From Betaproteobacteria bacterium (GTDB lineage: Bacteria > Pseudomonadota > Gammaproteobacteria > Burkholderiales > SG8-41), in contig JAKFUS010000011.1 of assembly GCA_021732605.1 (NCBI GenBank), forward strand, positions 4,226-68,225: DNA of 64,000 bases, read 5' to 3'. The translations under genes and the position numbers were made by a program. This document shows positions 44,275-55,533 of the stretch, in pieces. The first letter of the stretch is position 1. Every line of letters begins with the position of its first letter. Below the pieces are notes generated by a model. It was not told the origin of the DNA. It did not search any database and was given only the letters and a program-made list of their open reading frames with translations.

Positions 44275-45333
44275 CTACACTACAACCGTCTGTGCTTCAT
44301 TGCCGCGGCGCCGGCGTACGCTGCCGATGCGCCATACCCGCTCACCGGCGCGCTTGAGTAATGCCTGCGCGCGGGCCGCGTCCTTATCAGCCACCACCAC
44401 CACCATGCCGATGCCGCAGTTGAACACGCGGTGCATCTCGTCATCGGCGACATTGCCCTGCTGCTGCAACCAGCGGAACAGCGGCGGCAACGGCCAGGCA
44501 TTACGGCTGATTTCTGCGGTCAGCTTGTCGCCGAGCACCCGCGGCACGTTGTCCAGCAGTCCGCCGCCGGTGATGTGTGCCATTCCTTTGACCGGCAATT
44601 GCTTCATCAGTTTCAGCAGCGGTTTCACATAAATACGCGTCGGCGCCAGGATCAGATCCTTTAACGCGCGACCGCCGACTTTTGCCGACAGTTTGACGCC
44701 GCGCTGCGCGATGATTTTGCGGATCAGCGAATAACCGTTGGAATGCGCGCCGTTGCTGCCGAGGCCGAGGATCACGTCGCCGGGACGGATGCTGCGGCCA
44801 TTGATGATGCGTTTTTTCTCGACCACGCCGACGGCGAAGCCGGCAAGATCATATTCGCCCGGCGGGTACATGCCGGGCATTTCCGCAGTTTCGCCGCCGA
44901 TCAGCGCGCAGCCGGCCATTGTGCAGCCGGCGGCGATGCCCTTGACCACATCGGCAGCAGAATCGACATCGAGCTTACCGCAGGCGTAGTAATCGAGAAA
45001 AAACAGCGGCTCGGCGCCCAGCGTCAGGATGTCATTGACGCTCATCGCGACCAAGTCGATGCCGATGGTGTCATGGCGTTGCCATTCAAACGCCAGTTTG
45101 AGCTTGGTGCCGACGCCGTCGGTGCCCGATACCAGCACCGGTTCACGATAACCGCGCGGCACGGCGAACAGCGCACCGAAACCGCCGATGCCGGCCATCA
45201 CGCCCGGACGCATCGTGCGTTTGGCATGCGGTTTGATACGGTCGACGAGGGCGTCGCCGGCATCGATGTCGACACCGGCATCGCGATAGGTCAGCGATTT
45301 TCGTGACGGGCTTGAGGGGCTTTTGCGTTTCAA
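44275..45333 (-). CDS. purM: Phosphoribosylformylglycinamidine cyclo-ligase (AIR synthetase)
   Basis: [13 protein letters not shown]...[11 protein letters not shown]... Confidence 0.9.
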   Translation of the reverse strand: MKRKSPSSPSRKSLTYRDAGVDIDAGDALVDRIKPHAKRTMRPGVMAGIGGFGALFAVPRGYREPVLVSGTDGVGTKLKLAFEWQRHDTIGIDLVAMSVNDILTLGAEPLFFLDYYACGKLDVDSAADVVKGIAAGCTMAGCALIGGETAEMPGMYPPGEYDLAGFAVGVVEKKRIINGRSIRPGDVILGLGSNGAHSNGYSLIRKIIAQRGVKLSAKVGGRALKDLILAPTRIYVKPLLKLMKQLPVKGMAHITGGGLLDNVPRVLGDKLTAEISRNAWPLPPLFRWLQQQGNVADDEMHRVFNCGIGMVVVVADKDAARAQALLKRAGERVWRIGSVRRRRGNEAQTVVV

Positions 45334-45467
45334 GGCAGTCCTTGCGGTTTGCGGTGGCCGCCAGTGGCGGCCTGCTAAGATAGAGGGCCGTTAAAGCGGG
45401 GTTCGTTAAAGCGTTCGTTCAATACGTCTTCAGCAACATCCATCAGCCGATGCGAATTTTATCTTAA

Positions 45468-46526
45468 ATGGATACCCTTGATCGCAATCCGCGGCACCTC
45501 TGGCAATGGCTGGCGGCGGCGGCATTTGCCGTTGCAGCCGTGTATCTGCTCAGTCCGATACTGACGCCGTTTCTGCTCGCCGCGATCCTCGCCTACATCT
45601 GCAATCCCCTGGTCGCCAGCATGACCCGCCGCCGGGTGCCGCGTGTGCTGGCGGCATTGCTGGTGCTGTCGTTGCTGATAACGCTATTCGTTGTGCTGCT
45701 GCTGGTGCTGCTGCCGCTGCTGATCCGCCAGATCCGGGCGATCGCCGAGCAGGCGCCGGCGCATATTGACTGGTTTCGTACCGCAGTGGCACCGCGGCTG
45801 GAGCAGATGCTCGGCGTACAACTCGAGACCACCATGGTGCGTGACTGGATCGCAGGACACGTGGAGGAAATTCGCGATTTTGCGCTGAAATTGCTGCCGT
45901 CGCTGAAGACCGGCGGACTGGCCGTCATCGGTTTTCTCGTCGGTCTTGTGCTGTTGCCCTTGGTGCTGTTTTATTTCCTGCGCGACTGGGATCTCATCGT
46001 GGCCGGCATCGACCGTCTGGTGCCGCGACGCATGCACGACCGGATGAGCATGATTGCCCGCGAAATCGACGATGTGCTCGGCCAGTTTTTGCGCGGACAG
46101 TTGCTGGTGATGTTGTGCATGAGTGTGTTCTATACCCTCGGCCTGTGGGCCGCCGGTCTGGATTACGCGCTGTCGGTGGGCGTGATTGCCGGGCTGGTGA
46201 CCTTTGTGCCGTACCTGGGTGTCATTATCGGCTTGGTGCTGGCGACGCTGACCGGACTGTTGCAGTTCCAGGATCCGGCACAGCTGCTGTGGGTATGGGC
46301 GGTGTTCGTCGTGGCCAACGTGGTGGAGGGCTACCTGCTGGTGCCGTGGCTGGTCGGCGACCGCATCGGTCTGCATCCGGTGGTGGTGATTTTCGCGCTG
46401 TTGGCCTTCGGCACCCTGTTCGGTTTCTTCGGCGTGCTGCTGGCGCTGCCGGTCAGTGCTGCGCTGCTGGTGTGGGGGCGTTACCTGCGGCGTGATTACC
46501 TGGCGAGCAGCATGTACCGCGAATGA
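45468..46526 (+). CDS. AI-2E family transporter (PerM-like permease)
   Basis: 352 aa with 7-8 TM helices. Typical C-terminal GLLGVLLALP-type motif (FGFFGVLLALPV). Confidence 0.7.
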   Translation: MDTLDRNPRHLWQWLAAAAFAVAAVYLLSPILTPFLLAAILAYICNPLVASMTRRRVPRVLAALLVLSLLITLFVVLLLVLLPLLIRQIRAIAEQAPAHIDWFRTAVAPRLEQMLGVQLETTMVRDWIAGHVEEIRDFALKLLPSLKTGGLAVIGFLVGLVLLPLVLFYFLRDWDLIVAGIDRLVPRRMHDRMSMIAREIDDVLGQFLRGQLLVMLCMSVFYTLGLWAAGLDYALSVGVIAGLVTFVPYLGVIIGLVLATLTGLLQFQDPAQLLWVWAVFVVANVVEGYLLVPWLVGDRIGLHPVVVIFALLAFGTLFGFFGVLLALPVSAALLVWGRYLRRDYLASSMYRE

Positions 46527-46555
46527 GATGCGGGGAATGAAATTCGGGGAATGAA

Positions 46556-47242
46556 ATGCGGGCAATGAAGCAGCTCGCGCTGGGACTCGCGTCGCCACCG
46601 GCGCCGACGCTGGACAATTTTGTGATCGGTGAAAATGCGGAAGTCGTGACCGCACTGCGTGCGCTGGCGCAAGGCGACGATCGCGAGCGCTTCATTTATC
46701 TGTGGGGCGGCAGCGGCAGCGGGCGTACGCATTTGTTGCGCGCGGTGATGCAGGCCTTGCACGGGTCCGGCAGGACGGTGAGTTTGCATGCCGCCCCGGC
46801 AATGCTCGGCACGGGGAGCGCGGATGATGCAGTCGGTGTTGATGACGTGCAGCGCCTGGATGCCCCGGCGCAAATTGAATTATTCAATATATTCAATGAG
46901 TTAAAGGATGGCTCCGGCGTACTCGTGGCGACCGGGGATGTGCCCCCGGCGCGGCTCCCGCTGCGGCCCGACCTGCAGACGCGCCTGGCCTGGGGCCTGG
47001 TGTATGAGGTGCGCGGGCTGCGCGAAGACGATCGCCGTGCCGCGCTGCACGACTATGCCGCCGCCCGCGGCTTTGTTCTGCCGGCTGCGGTGGCTGACTA
47101 CCTGCTTGCACGGGCGCCGCGCGACCTGAGTTCGCTGCGCGCGATGGTCGATACGCTGGACCGGCTGTCGCTCGAGCAGAAACGCGGCATCACCGTGCCG
47201 CTGGCGCGCGAGCTGCTGCAGGCCGTGCCGCCTAAAAACTGA
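46556..47242 (+). CDS. hda: DnaA regulatory inactivator Hda
   Basis: QLALGLASPPAPTLDNFV... and the Walker A-like WGGSGSGRTHLL. Confidence 0.8.
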   Translation: MRAMKQLALGLASPPAPTLDNFVIGENAEVVTALRALAQGDDRERFIYLWGGSGSGRTHLLRAVMQALHGSGRTVSLHAAPAMLGTGSADDAVGVDDVQRLDAPAQIELFNIFNELKDGSGVLVATGDVPPARLPLRPDLQTRLAWGLVYEVRGLREDDRRAALHDYAAARGFVLPAAVADYLLARAPRDLSSLRAMVDTLDRLSLEQKRGITVPLARELLQAVPPKN

Positions 47243-47267
47243 AATCACGACTCAGCTGAACAAAAAC

Positions 47268-47309
47268 GACAACGATAACGAAGACGAAGACGAAGACGAA
47301 ACGGAACAG
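47268..47309. repeat. Intergenic hexamer-periodic tract (gacaac gataac gaagac x3 gaaacg gaacag)
   Basis: Counted directly. Three perfect gaagac units at 47280-47297. Confidence 0.9.
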
Positions 47310-47313
47310 CGGA

Positions 47314-47970
47314 ATGATTCTGGCATTGTTTGACCTCGACAACACGCTGCTCGCCGGCGACAGCGATTTTGAATGGGCGCAGTTCCTGATCGACCGCGGT
47401 GTGCTCGATCGCGCCACTTACGAAGCGCGCAACCAGGCGTTCTACGACCAGTACAAGGCGGGCACACTCGACATCCACGAGTTCCTCGATTTCCAGTTGA
47501 AGCCGCTGTCGCAGTATCCGCGTACGGTGCTCGATGCCTGGCATGCCGAGTACATGAAACAACGCATCCTGCCGATGATCCGCGATTCGGCGCGGGCACT
47601 GGTCGACAAGCATCGCGACGAGGTGCGCGTGATCATCACTGCGACCAACAGTTTTGTTACGGCGCCGATTGCGCGCGCCTTCGGCATCGAACACCTGATT
47701 GCCACCGAACCCGAGGTGCGCGACGGTGTGTTCACCGGCGGCGTCAGCGGCACGCCGTGTTTTCGCGAGGGCAAGGTCGAGCGCCTGGAGGCGTGGCTGG
47801 CCGAACGTGGGGAAAATATAAAAAGTGTTTTAAAATCAACATTTTACAGTGACTCGCATAACGACCTGCCGCTGTTGGAGCAAGTCGGGCATCCAGTGGC
47901 GGTGGATCCCGACGCCGCATTGCGCGCGCATGCCGCCGCGCGCGGCTGGCCGATCATCAGTCTGAGCTGA
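47314..47970 (+). CDS. HAD-IB family hydrolase (SerB-like phosphatase)
   Basis: LALFDLDNTLL motif I and a C-terminal SDSHNDLPLL motif. Confidence 0.75.
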   Translation: MILALFDLDNTLLAGDSDFEWAQFLIDRGVLDRATYEARNQAFYDQYKAGTLDIHEFLDFQLKPLSQYPRTVLDAWHAEYMKQRILPMIRDSARALVDKHRDEVRVIITATNSFVTAPIARAFGIEHLIATEPEVRDGVFTGGVSGTPCFREGKVERLEAWLAERGENIKSVLKSTFYSDSHNDLPLLEQVGHPVAVDPDAALRAHAAARGWPIISLS

Positions 47971-48099
47971 GCAGTTTGCTGTGAGCGACCGCTGCCGGCC
48001 CCATAGTGCCGCGATGACCGCCATGTATAATCGCGCCGTTTTCCTCTGCTGCGGCGCGTGGATTCGATCCCCCCTGAATGCGCTGAACGATATTTCCGC

Positions 48100-49446
48100 A
48101 TGATCACCAAGTTGCTCGGCCGCGTGTTTTCGGGCCGCATGTTCAAATCGGCCAAACCGCGAATCATCGCGGTGTCTGAACACGGCATCACGCGTGACCG
48201 CATCGGCAGCTGTGCGCTGCGCACCTGTGATGCGCTGCAGGAAGCGGGTTACGCCGCGTTTGTTGTCGGCGGCGCGGTGCGCGACCTGATTCTCGGCCGC
48301 GATCCCAAGGATTTTGACGTGGCCACCAACGCCACACCCGAGGAAGTGCGCGGCCTTTTCCGGCGTTCGCGGGTGATCGGCCGGCGTTTCAAAATTGTCC
48401 ACGTGCTGTGCGGCCGCGACATGGTCGAGGTATCGACCTTCCGCGGGCCCGCGGTCGATGCCGGTGCCGGTACGCAGGTTGAAGACGAACACGGCCGCCT
48501 GTTGCGCGACAACGTCTGGGGCGACCAGGCCCAAGACGCGACTCGACGCGATTTCACCATCAATGCGCTGTTCTACGACCCGGCACGCGAACAGATCTGG
48601 GATTACCACGGTGGTGTGGCCGATCTCAAACGTAAAAGGCTGCGCATGATCGGCGAGCCGGCGCAGCGTTATCGCGAGGATCCGGTGCGCATGCTGCGCG
48701 CGGTGCGTTTCGCCGCATCCTGCGGCCTCGAAATTGACGGCGCTACGCGCAAACCGATCAAGGCGCAGGCCACTTTGCTCGCCAATGTGCCGGCGGCGCG
48801 GCTGTTCGACGAAATGCTCAAGCTGCTGCTTTCGGGGCATGCCGCTGAATGCGTGAAACGACTGCGCCGCGAAGGTTTGCACCACGGCATGCTGCCGCTG
48901 CTCGACGTGATTCTTGAGCAGCCGCTGGGCGAGCGATTCGTGATGCTGGCGTTGAAAAACACCGATGCGCGCGTCCTGGCCGGCAAACCGATTTCTCCGG
49001 CCTTCCTGTTTGCCGCGCTGACCTGGCACGAAGTGCTGGCGGCGTGGAAAAAAATCGAAGCCCGCGGCGTGCCGCCGGTGCCGGCCTTGTATGAGGCGAT
49101 GGACCAGGTCATTACCACGCAGACCGAACAACTCGCGATCCCGCGCCGGTTTACTTCGGACATGAAGGATTTGTGGGCGTTGCAGCCGCGCTTCGAACAG
49201 CGCGCCGGCCAGCGTCCGTTCCGCCTGCTCGAACACCCGCGGTTTCGCGCCGCTTATGATTTTCTGCTGTTGCGCTGTGAAAGTGGCGAACTGGACAAGG
49301 CCATCGGTGACTGGTGGACCCATTTCCAGGATGCCGATACCGAGACCCGCGAGTCCATGCTGGTGGCGGATACCGGGCCGGCGAAAAAGCGCCGCAAGCG
49401 CCGCAAGCGCAAGTCCGGCGCTGCCCCGGCTCCTGCCGCGGACTGA
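48100..49446 (+). CDS. pcnB: Poly(A) polymerase I
   Basis: AFVVGGAVRDLILGRDPKDFDVAT and RDFTINAL motifs, with a basic C-terminal tail. The start is uncertain (GTG 48058 or ATG 48100). Confidence 0.85.
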   Translation: MITKLLGRVFSGRMFKSAKPRIIAVSEHGITRDRIGSCALRTCDALQEAGYAAFVVGGAVRDLILGRDPKDFDVATNATPEEVRGLFRRSRVIGRRFKIVHVLCGRDMVEVSTFRGPAVDAGAGTQVEDEHGRLLRDNVWGDQAQDATRRDFTINALFYDPAREQIWDYHGGVADLKRKRLRMIGEPAQRYREDPVRMLRAVRFAASCGLEIDGATRKPIKAQATLLANVPAARLFDEMLKLLLSGHAAECVKRLRREGLHHGMLPLLDVILEQPLGERFVMLALKNTDARVLAGKPISPAFLFAALTWHEVLAAWKKIEARGVPPVPALYEAMDQVITTQTEQLAIPRRFTSDMKDLWALQPRFEQRAGQRPFRLLEHPRFRAAYDFLLLRCESGELDKAIGDWWTHFQDADTETRESMLVADTGPAKKRRKRRKRKSGAAPAPAAD

Positions 49447-49451
49447 CGCGG

Positions 49452-49955
49452 GTGGCGGCGCAAACGCATACCGCCTGCGTCGCGCTGGGCGCGAACATTG
49501 GCGAGCCGCTGCGACAGATTGAAGCCGCATTTGCTGCGCTGGCGGCCTTGCCCGGCACCAGGCTCATCGCTCGTTCTTCACTGTACCGCAGCGCGCCGGT
49601 CGGTTATGCCGACCAGCCGGATTTCATTAACGCAGTGGCCATGATCGAAACCGTGCTGGCGCCGCATGCACTGCTCAATGCGCTGCTGGAGCTCGAGCGT
49701 GCACATGGCCGTGTCCGCGAATTCCCCAATGCCCCACGTACGCTGGACCTCGACATCGTGCTCTACGGTGACATGGTGTTGCAGGAGCCGGGGCTGACGA
49801 TTCCGCATGCGCGCATGCTGGAGCGCGCTTTTGTGATGGTGCCGCTGGCGGAAATCGCGCCGGACACCGTGGTGCCGGGGCAGGGCCGGGTGTGTGATCT
49901 TGCGGCAAAGGTAGATGCTGCCAGCGTCTCGCAATTACAGAAAATCCTGGCATGA
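49452..49955 (+). CDS. folK: 2-amino-4-hydroxy-6-hydroxymethyldihydropteridine diphosphokinase
   Basis: ACVALGANIG...YRSAPVGYADQPDFINAV...RTLDLDIVLYG. GTG start just after the pcnB stop. Confidence 0.85.
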   Translation: MAAQTHTACVALGANIGEPLRQIEAAFAALAALPGTRLIARSSLYRSAPVGYADQPDFINAVAMIETVLAPHALLNALLELERAHGRVREFPNAPRTLDLDIVLYGDMVLQEPGLTIPHARMLERAFVMVPLAEIAPDTVVPGQGRVCDLAAKVDAASVSQLQKILA

Positions 49956-49983
49956 CTCTCGCTGCCAAATGGGGACGTGCGGC

Positions 49984-50628
49984 ATGAATCTAGCCGCGAA
50001 GTATCGGTATATTGTGGTCGAAGGTCCGATCGGTTCAGGGAAAACCACGCTGGCACGACGCCTGGCGACGCATCTTGGCGCAGCGCCGTTGTTTGAAGAC
50101 CCGGACGCCAATCCTTTCCTGCCCGGTTTTTACCGGGATCCCACGCGCCATGCGCTGCCGGCGCAACTGTTCTTTTTGTTCCAGCGTCTGAATCAGGTCA
50201 GGGATATTGTGCAGTCCGATCTGTTTCGCAGTGTCACCGTCGCTGATTTCATGCTGGAAAAAGATCCGTTGTTTGCGCAGCTGACGCTGAACGACCACGA
50301 GCTTGCCTTGTACCGGCAGATCTACGACCATCTCAAACCGCAGGCGCCGCAGCCGGACCTGGTGGTGTATTTGCAGGCGGGTGCGGAAACGCTGGTGGAG
50401 CGGGTGCGCCGGCGCGCCGCTGCTTATGAAAAAACCATACCCGACGAATACCTGGTGCGACTGGCCGATGCCTACGCGCGTTTTTTCCATCATTACACTG
50501 CAGCACCACTGCTGATCGTGAATTCCGAAAATCTGAACTTCGTTGATTCGGCGGCGGATTTTGATTTATTGTTGCAGCGGGTCAACGCCATGCGCGGTCC
50601 GCGCGAGTTTTTCAGCCTCGGAAGTTAG
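49984..50628 (+). CDS. Deoxynucleoside kinase family protein
   Basis: IVVEGPIGSGKTTLARRL P-loop. 214 aa. Confidence 0.7.
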   Translation: MNLAAKYRYIVVEGPIGSGKTTLARRLATHLGAAPLFEDPDANPFLPGFYRDPTRHALPAQLFFLFQRLNQVRDIVQSDLFRSVTVADFMLEKDPLFAQLTLNDHELALYRQIYDHLKPQAPQPDLVVYLQAGAETLVERVRRRAAAYEKTIPDEYLVRLADAYARFFHHYTAAPLLIVNSENLNFVDSAADFDLLLQRVNAMRGPREFFSLGS

Positions 50629-50641
50629 CCAGGAGAGCGAC

Positions 50642-51436
50642 ATGCGTATTACGCTGAGCACGCTGCACAAGATGATGCGGGACGGCCAGAAGATCACCAT
50701 GCTGACCTGTTACGACGCCAGTTTCGCGACGCTGCTGGACGGCGCCGGACTCGATACGCTGCTGATCGGCGATTCGTTGGGCAATGTGCTGCAGGGCCAT
50801 GAATCGACGCTGCCGGTGTCGCTGCGCGACATCGTGTATCACACGCAATGCGTGGCGCGTGGCGCCAAAACTGCCTTCATCATCGGCGACATGCCCTTCG
50901 GCACTTTTCAGGTCAGTCCGCAGGATGCTTTCCGCAATGCTGCCGAAATCATGGCGGCCGGCGCGCACATGGTGAAAATCGAGGGCGGGCGGCCGATGCT
51001 GGAAACGATTTCGTTCCTGACCGAGCGCGGCATCCCGGTCTGCGGCCACCTCGGGTTGACGCCGCAGTCGGTGCACCAGCTCGGCGGTTATCGCGTGCAG
51101 GGCAAGGCCGAGGATGATGCGCAGCGCATGCTTGATGATGCACGCATCCTCGAACAGGCGGGCGCCGGCATGATCGTGCTGGAAGCGATACCTGCAGCCC
51201 TGGCCAGTCAGATCACCACGGCGGCGAAAGTGCCGACGATCGGTATCGGTGCGGGCATCGACTGTCATGGCCAGGTGCTGGTGTTGCATGACATGCTCGA
51301 TGTTTATCCCGGCAAAAAGGCCAAATTCGTCAAAAATTACATGAAGGCCGCGGCGGGCTCGATCCAGGATGCCGTGGCGCTGTACGTGAAGGAAGTACGC
51401 GAGGGCCGCTTTCCCGGCAAGGAACATTCTTTTTAG
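50642..51436 (+). CDS. panB: 3-methyl-2-oxobutanoate hydroxymethyltransferase
   Basis: KITMLTCYDASFA...LLIGDSLGNV...VKIEGG. Confidence 0.9.
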   Translation: MRITLSTLHKMMRDGQKITMLTCYDASFATLLDGAGLDTLLIGDSLGNVLQGHESTLPVSLRDIVYHTQCVARGAKTAFIIGDMPFGTFQVSPQDAFRNAAEIMAAGAHMVKIEGGRPMLETISFLTERGIPVCGHLGLTPQSVHQLGGYRVQGKAEDDAQRMLDDARILEQAGAGMIVLEAIPAALASQITTAAKVPTIGIGAGIDCHGQVLVLHDMLDVYPGKKAKFVKNYMKAAAGSIQDAVALYVKEVREGRFPGKEHSF

Positions 51437-51452
51437 GATGGAGGAGTGGTGT

Positions 51453-51578
51453 TTGAGGAGTGAGGATTGAGGGATGAGGAGTGGAGGGTGACGCGTTATT
51501 TTTTTGCGCCACACTCGCCAGCATCAACCTTCCATCTACAATACGCATCCCCTTAGCCACTCAATCCTCACTCCTCAA
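51453..51578. repeat. Intergenic inverted repeat: 19-bp perfect arms 88 bp apart, with reiterated gaggagtg in the left arm region
   Basis: ttgaggagtgaggattgag (51453-51471) is the reverse complement of ctcaatcctcactcctcaa (51560-51578). Confidence 0.85.
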
Positions 51579-51591
51579 TCCTGTCTAAATA

Positions 51592-52431
51592 ATGGACGTC
51601 ATACATTCAGTTTCCGAATTGAGGGAACGCCTGCGCCGCGAGCCGGACAACGTGTTCGTGCCGACCATGGGCAATCTGCACGAAGGCCATATCGAGCTGA
51701 TGCGCATCGCCAAGCCGCGTGCGGCATGCACGGTGGTCAGCATTTTCGTCAACCGCCTGCAGTTCGGGCCGCGCGAGGATTTTGACCGTTACCCGCGCAC
51801 TCTCGAGGCCGATTGCGAACGCTTGCGCAATGCCGGAGTTGATGTGGTGTTTGTGCCGGACGAAAAAGAAATTTATCCCGAAAAGCAGACCTACGTGGTC
51901 GAGCCTTCGGATCTGCAGCACATTCTCGACGGCGGCGCCCGCCCTGGCCACTTCCGCGGCGTATCCACAGTGGTGCTGAAACTGTTCAACATGGTGTCGC
52001 CGCATGCCGCGATTTTCGGCAAGAAGGATTACCAGCAGTGCCTTGTGCTGACCAATATGGTGCGCCAGTTCGCGCTGCCGATCGAAATCATCCTGGCGGA
52101 AACCGTGCGCGCTGAGGATGGGCTGGCGCTGTCCTCGCGAAATGCCTACCTGAGTCCGGCCGAGCGTCAGGAGGCGCCGCGGCTCTATCGAGTGCTGCGC
52201 AATGCACGCGGCGAAATCGCGATGGGTGCGCGTGACTATCAGCGTGTCGAGCTGGCGGCGATGTCCGAACTCGCGCGCCATGGCTGGAAGCCGGATTATG
52301 TGGCGGTGCGCCGTTGTACGGATCTTCAGCCCCCGGGCAATGGTGAGACTGAGTTGGTGGTGCTGGCTGCCGCGCGACTGGGCAAGACACGCCTGATCGA
52401 CAATGTCGAGGTGAAGCGGCCTGTAGCGTGA
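51592..52431 (+). CDS. panC: Pantoate-beta-alanine ligase
   Basis: [15 protein letters not shown] and FGKKDYQQ motifs. Confidence 0.9.
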   Translation: MDVIHSVSELRERLRREPDNVFVPTMGNLHEGHIELMRIAKPRAACTVVSIFVNRLQFGPREDFDRYPRTLEADCERLRNAGVDVVFVPDEKEIYPEKQTYVVEPSDLQHILDGGARPGHFRGVSTVVLKLFNMVSPHAAIFGKKDYQQCLVLTNMVRQFALPIEIILAETVRAEDGLALSSRNAYLSPAERQEAPRLYRVLRNARGEIAMGARDYQRVELAAMSELARHGWKPDYVAVRRCTDLQPPGNGETELVVLAAARLGKTRLIDNVEVKRPVA

Positions 52432-52462
52432 AGAAGATGTTGCTGAGCAGATTCAGCGTTGT

Positions 52463-52576
52463 TGAAATTTGCAGAAACTGAATGATGGTGCCGGAAGCCG
52501 GCCCCTCAATGCACTCAACAAACGCGAGATTTTAGCTACGCTGAAATTTACAGAAACTAAATGATGGTGCCGGAAC
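52463..52576 (-). repeat. Two degenerate direct copies of the tRNA-Leu 3' end plus its downstream flank
   Basis: Copy 1 at 52463-52501 is tgaaatttgcagaaactgaatgatggtgccggaagccgg. Copy 2 at 52542-52576 is tgaaatttacagaaactaaatgatggtgccggaac. The genuine junction at 52639-52680 is tgaaatctgcggaaactgaaggtggtgccggaagccggaatc. Confidence 0.85.
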
Positions 52577-52660
52577 TCGTCACAGCACCCCCTTGAGGGG
52601 TGTCCGGGAACCGGCTTCCGCGTAATAAATCACGCAGATGAAATCTGCGGAAACTGAAGG

Positions 52661-52745
52661 TGGTGCCGGAAGCCGGAATCGAACCGGCACGCCTTGCGGC
52701 GCGGGATTTTGAGTCCCGTGCGTCTACCAATTCCGCCATCCCGGC
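52661..52745 (-). tRNA. tRNA-Leu (anticodon CAA), CCA encoded
   Basis: Hand-folded from GCCGGGATGGCGGAATTGGTAGACGCACGGGACTCAAAATCCCGCGCCGCAAGGCGTGCCGGTTCGATTCCGGCTTCCGGCACCA. It has a 7-bp acceptor stem, a CT-CAA-AA anticodon loop, a long variable arm and a GGTTCGATTCC T-loop. Confidence 0.9.
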
Positions 52746-52806
52746 ATGGGGCGGCGATTATCCCTTAAATCTGCGGAGCGGGGCAACCTGCAGCTGACAA
52801 GACAAG

Positions 52807-55001
<2,195 letters not shown>

Positions 55002-55090
55002 ATTAGGTTAAAATACAACGCTTTGAGTGAGCCTGACTTAGTGACCCAAACTCGAGTCAGGGTTCTCTTCCACCGCAACGGAGGTTTATC

Positions 55091-55417
55091 TTGTTAATCA
55101 GTCCCGCATGGGCGCAGGCATCCGCCCCCGCCGCAGGTGGCGGCATCGAAAGCATGCTGCTCATCGTCGCGATGTTCGGTGTGATGTATTTCCTGATGAT
55201 CCGCCCGCAGATGAAGCGCGCGAAAGAGCACAAAACCATGGTCGAAAGTCTGCAGAAGGGCGATGAAGTGATCACCGCCGGCGGCATCCTCGGTCGTATT
55301 AGCAAGGTCGATGATCAATACGTCACCGTGGCGATTGCTGCAGGTGTTGAAATCCAGGCGCAGCGGGCGGCGATCCAGACCGTGCTGCCCAAGGGCACCA
55401 TCAAAACCATCCAGTAA
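55091..55417 (+). CDS. yajC: Preprotein translocase subunit YajC
   Basis: FLMIRPQMKRAKEHKTMVESLQKGDEVITAGGILGRI. TTG start. Confidence 0.85.
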   Translation: MLISPAWAQASAPAAGGGIESMLLIVAMFGVMYFLMIRPQMKRAKEHKTMVESLQKGDEVITAGGILGRISKVDDQYVTVAIAAGVEIQAQRAAIQTVLPKGTIKTIQ

Positions 55418-55533
55418 ACGAGTGCTCGGTGAACGGGTGAGCAAGCAAGTTCACCGGTGCGCTGTTGCCCATTCACCCGTCAACTCGTTCTGCTTCGCTC
55501 CAAGTGTTCCCTTGACCTTTTTACGACCTTAAA

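Noticed and set aside
47836-49530. 564-aa ORF antisense to pcnB. Similar long antisense or shadow ORFs occur at 55480..57126 (opposite secD), 28955..30187 (opposite the kinase), 30252..31547, 53799..54896 (opposite tgt), 45684..46655, 39213..40388, 38189..39034 and 35429..36361.
   Set aside because: Their translations are Arg/Ala/Gly/His-rich low-complexity strings with no recognisable motifs. Each fully overlaps a well-supported gene on the other strand. This is typical of stop-codon-poor frames in high-GC DNA.
52557-52739. 60-aa ORF on the minus strand.
   Set aside because: It overlaps the hand-folded tRNA-Leu gene and the repeat units and has no protein-like features.
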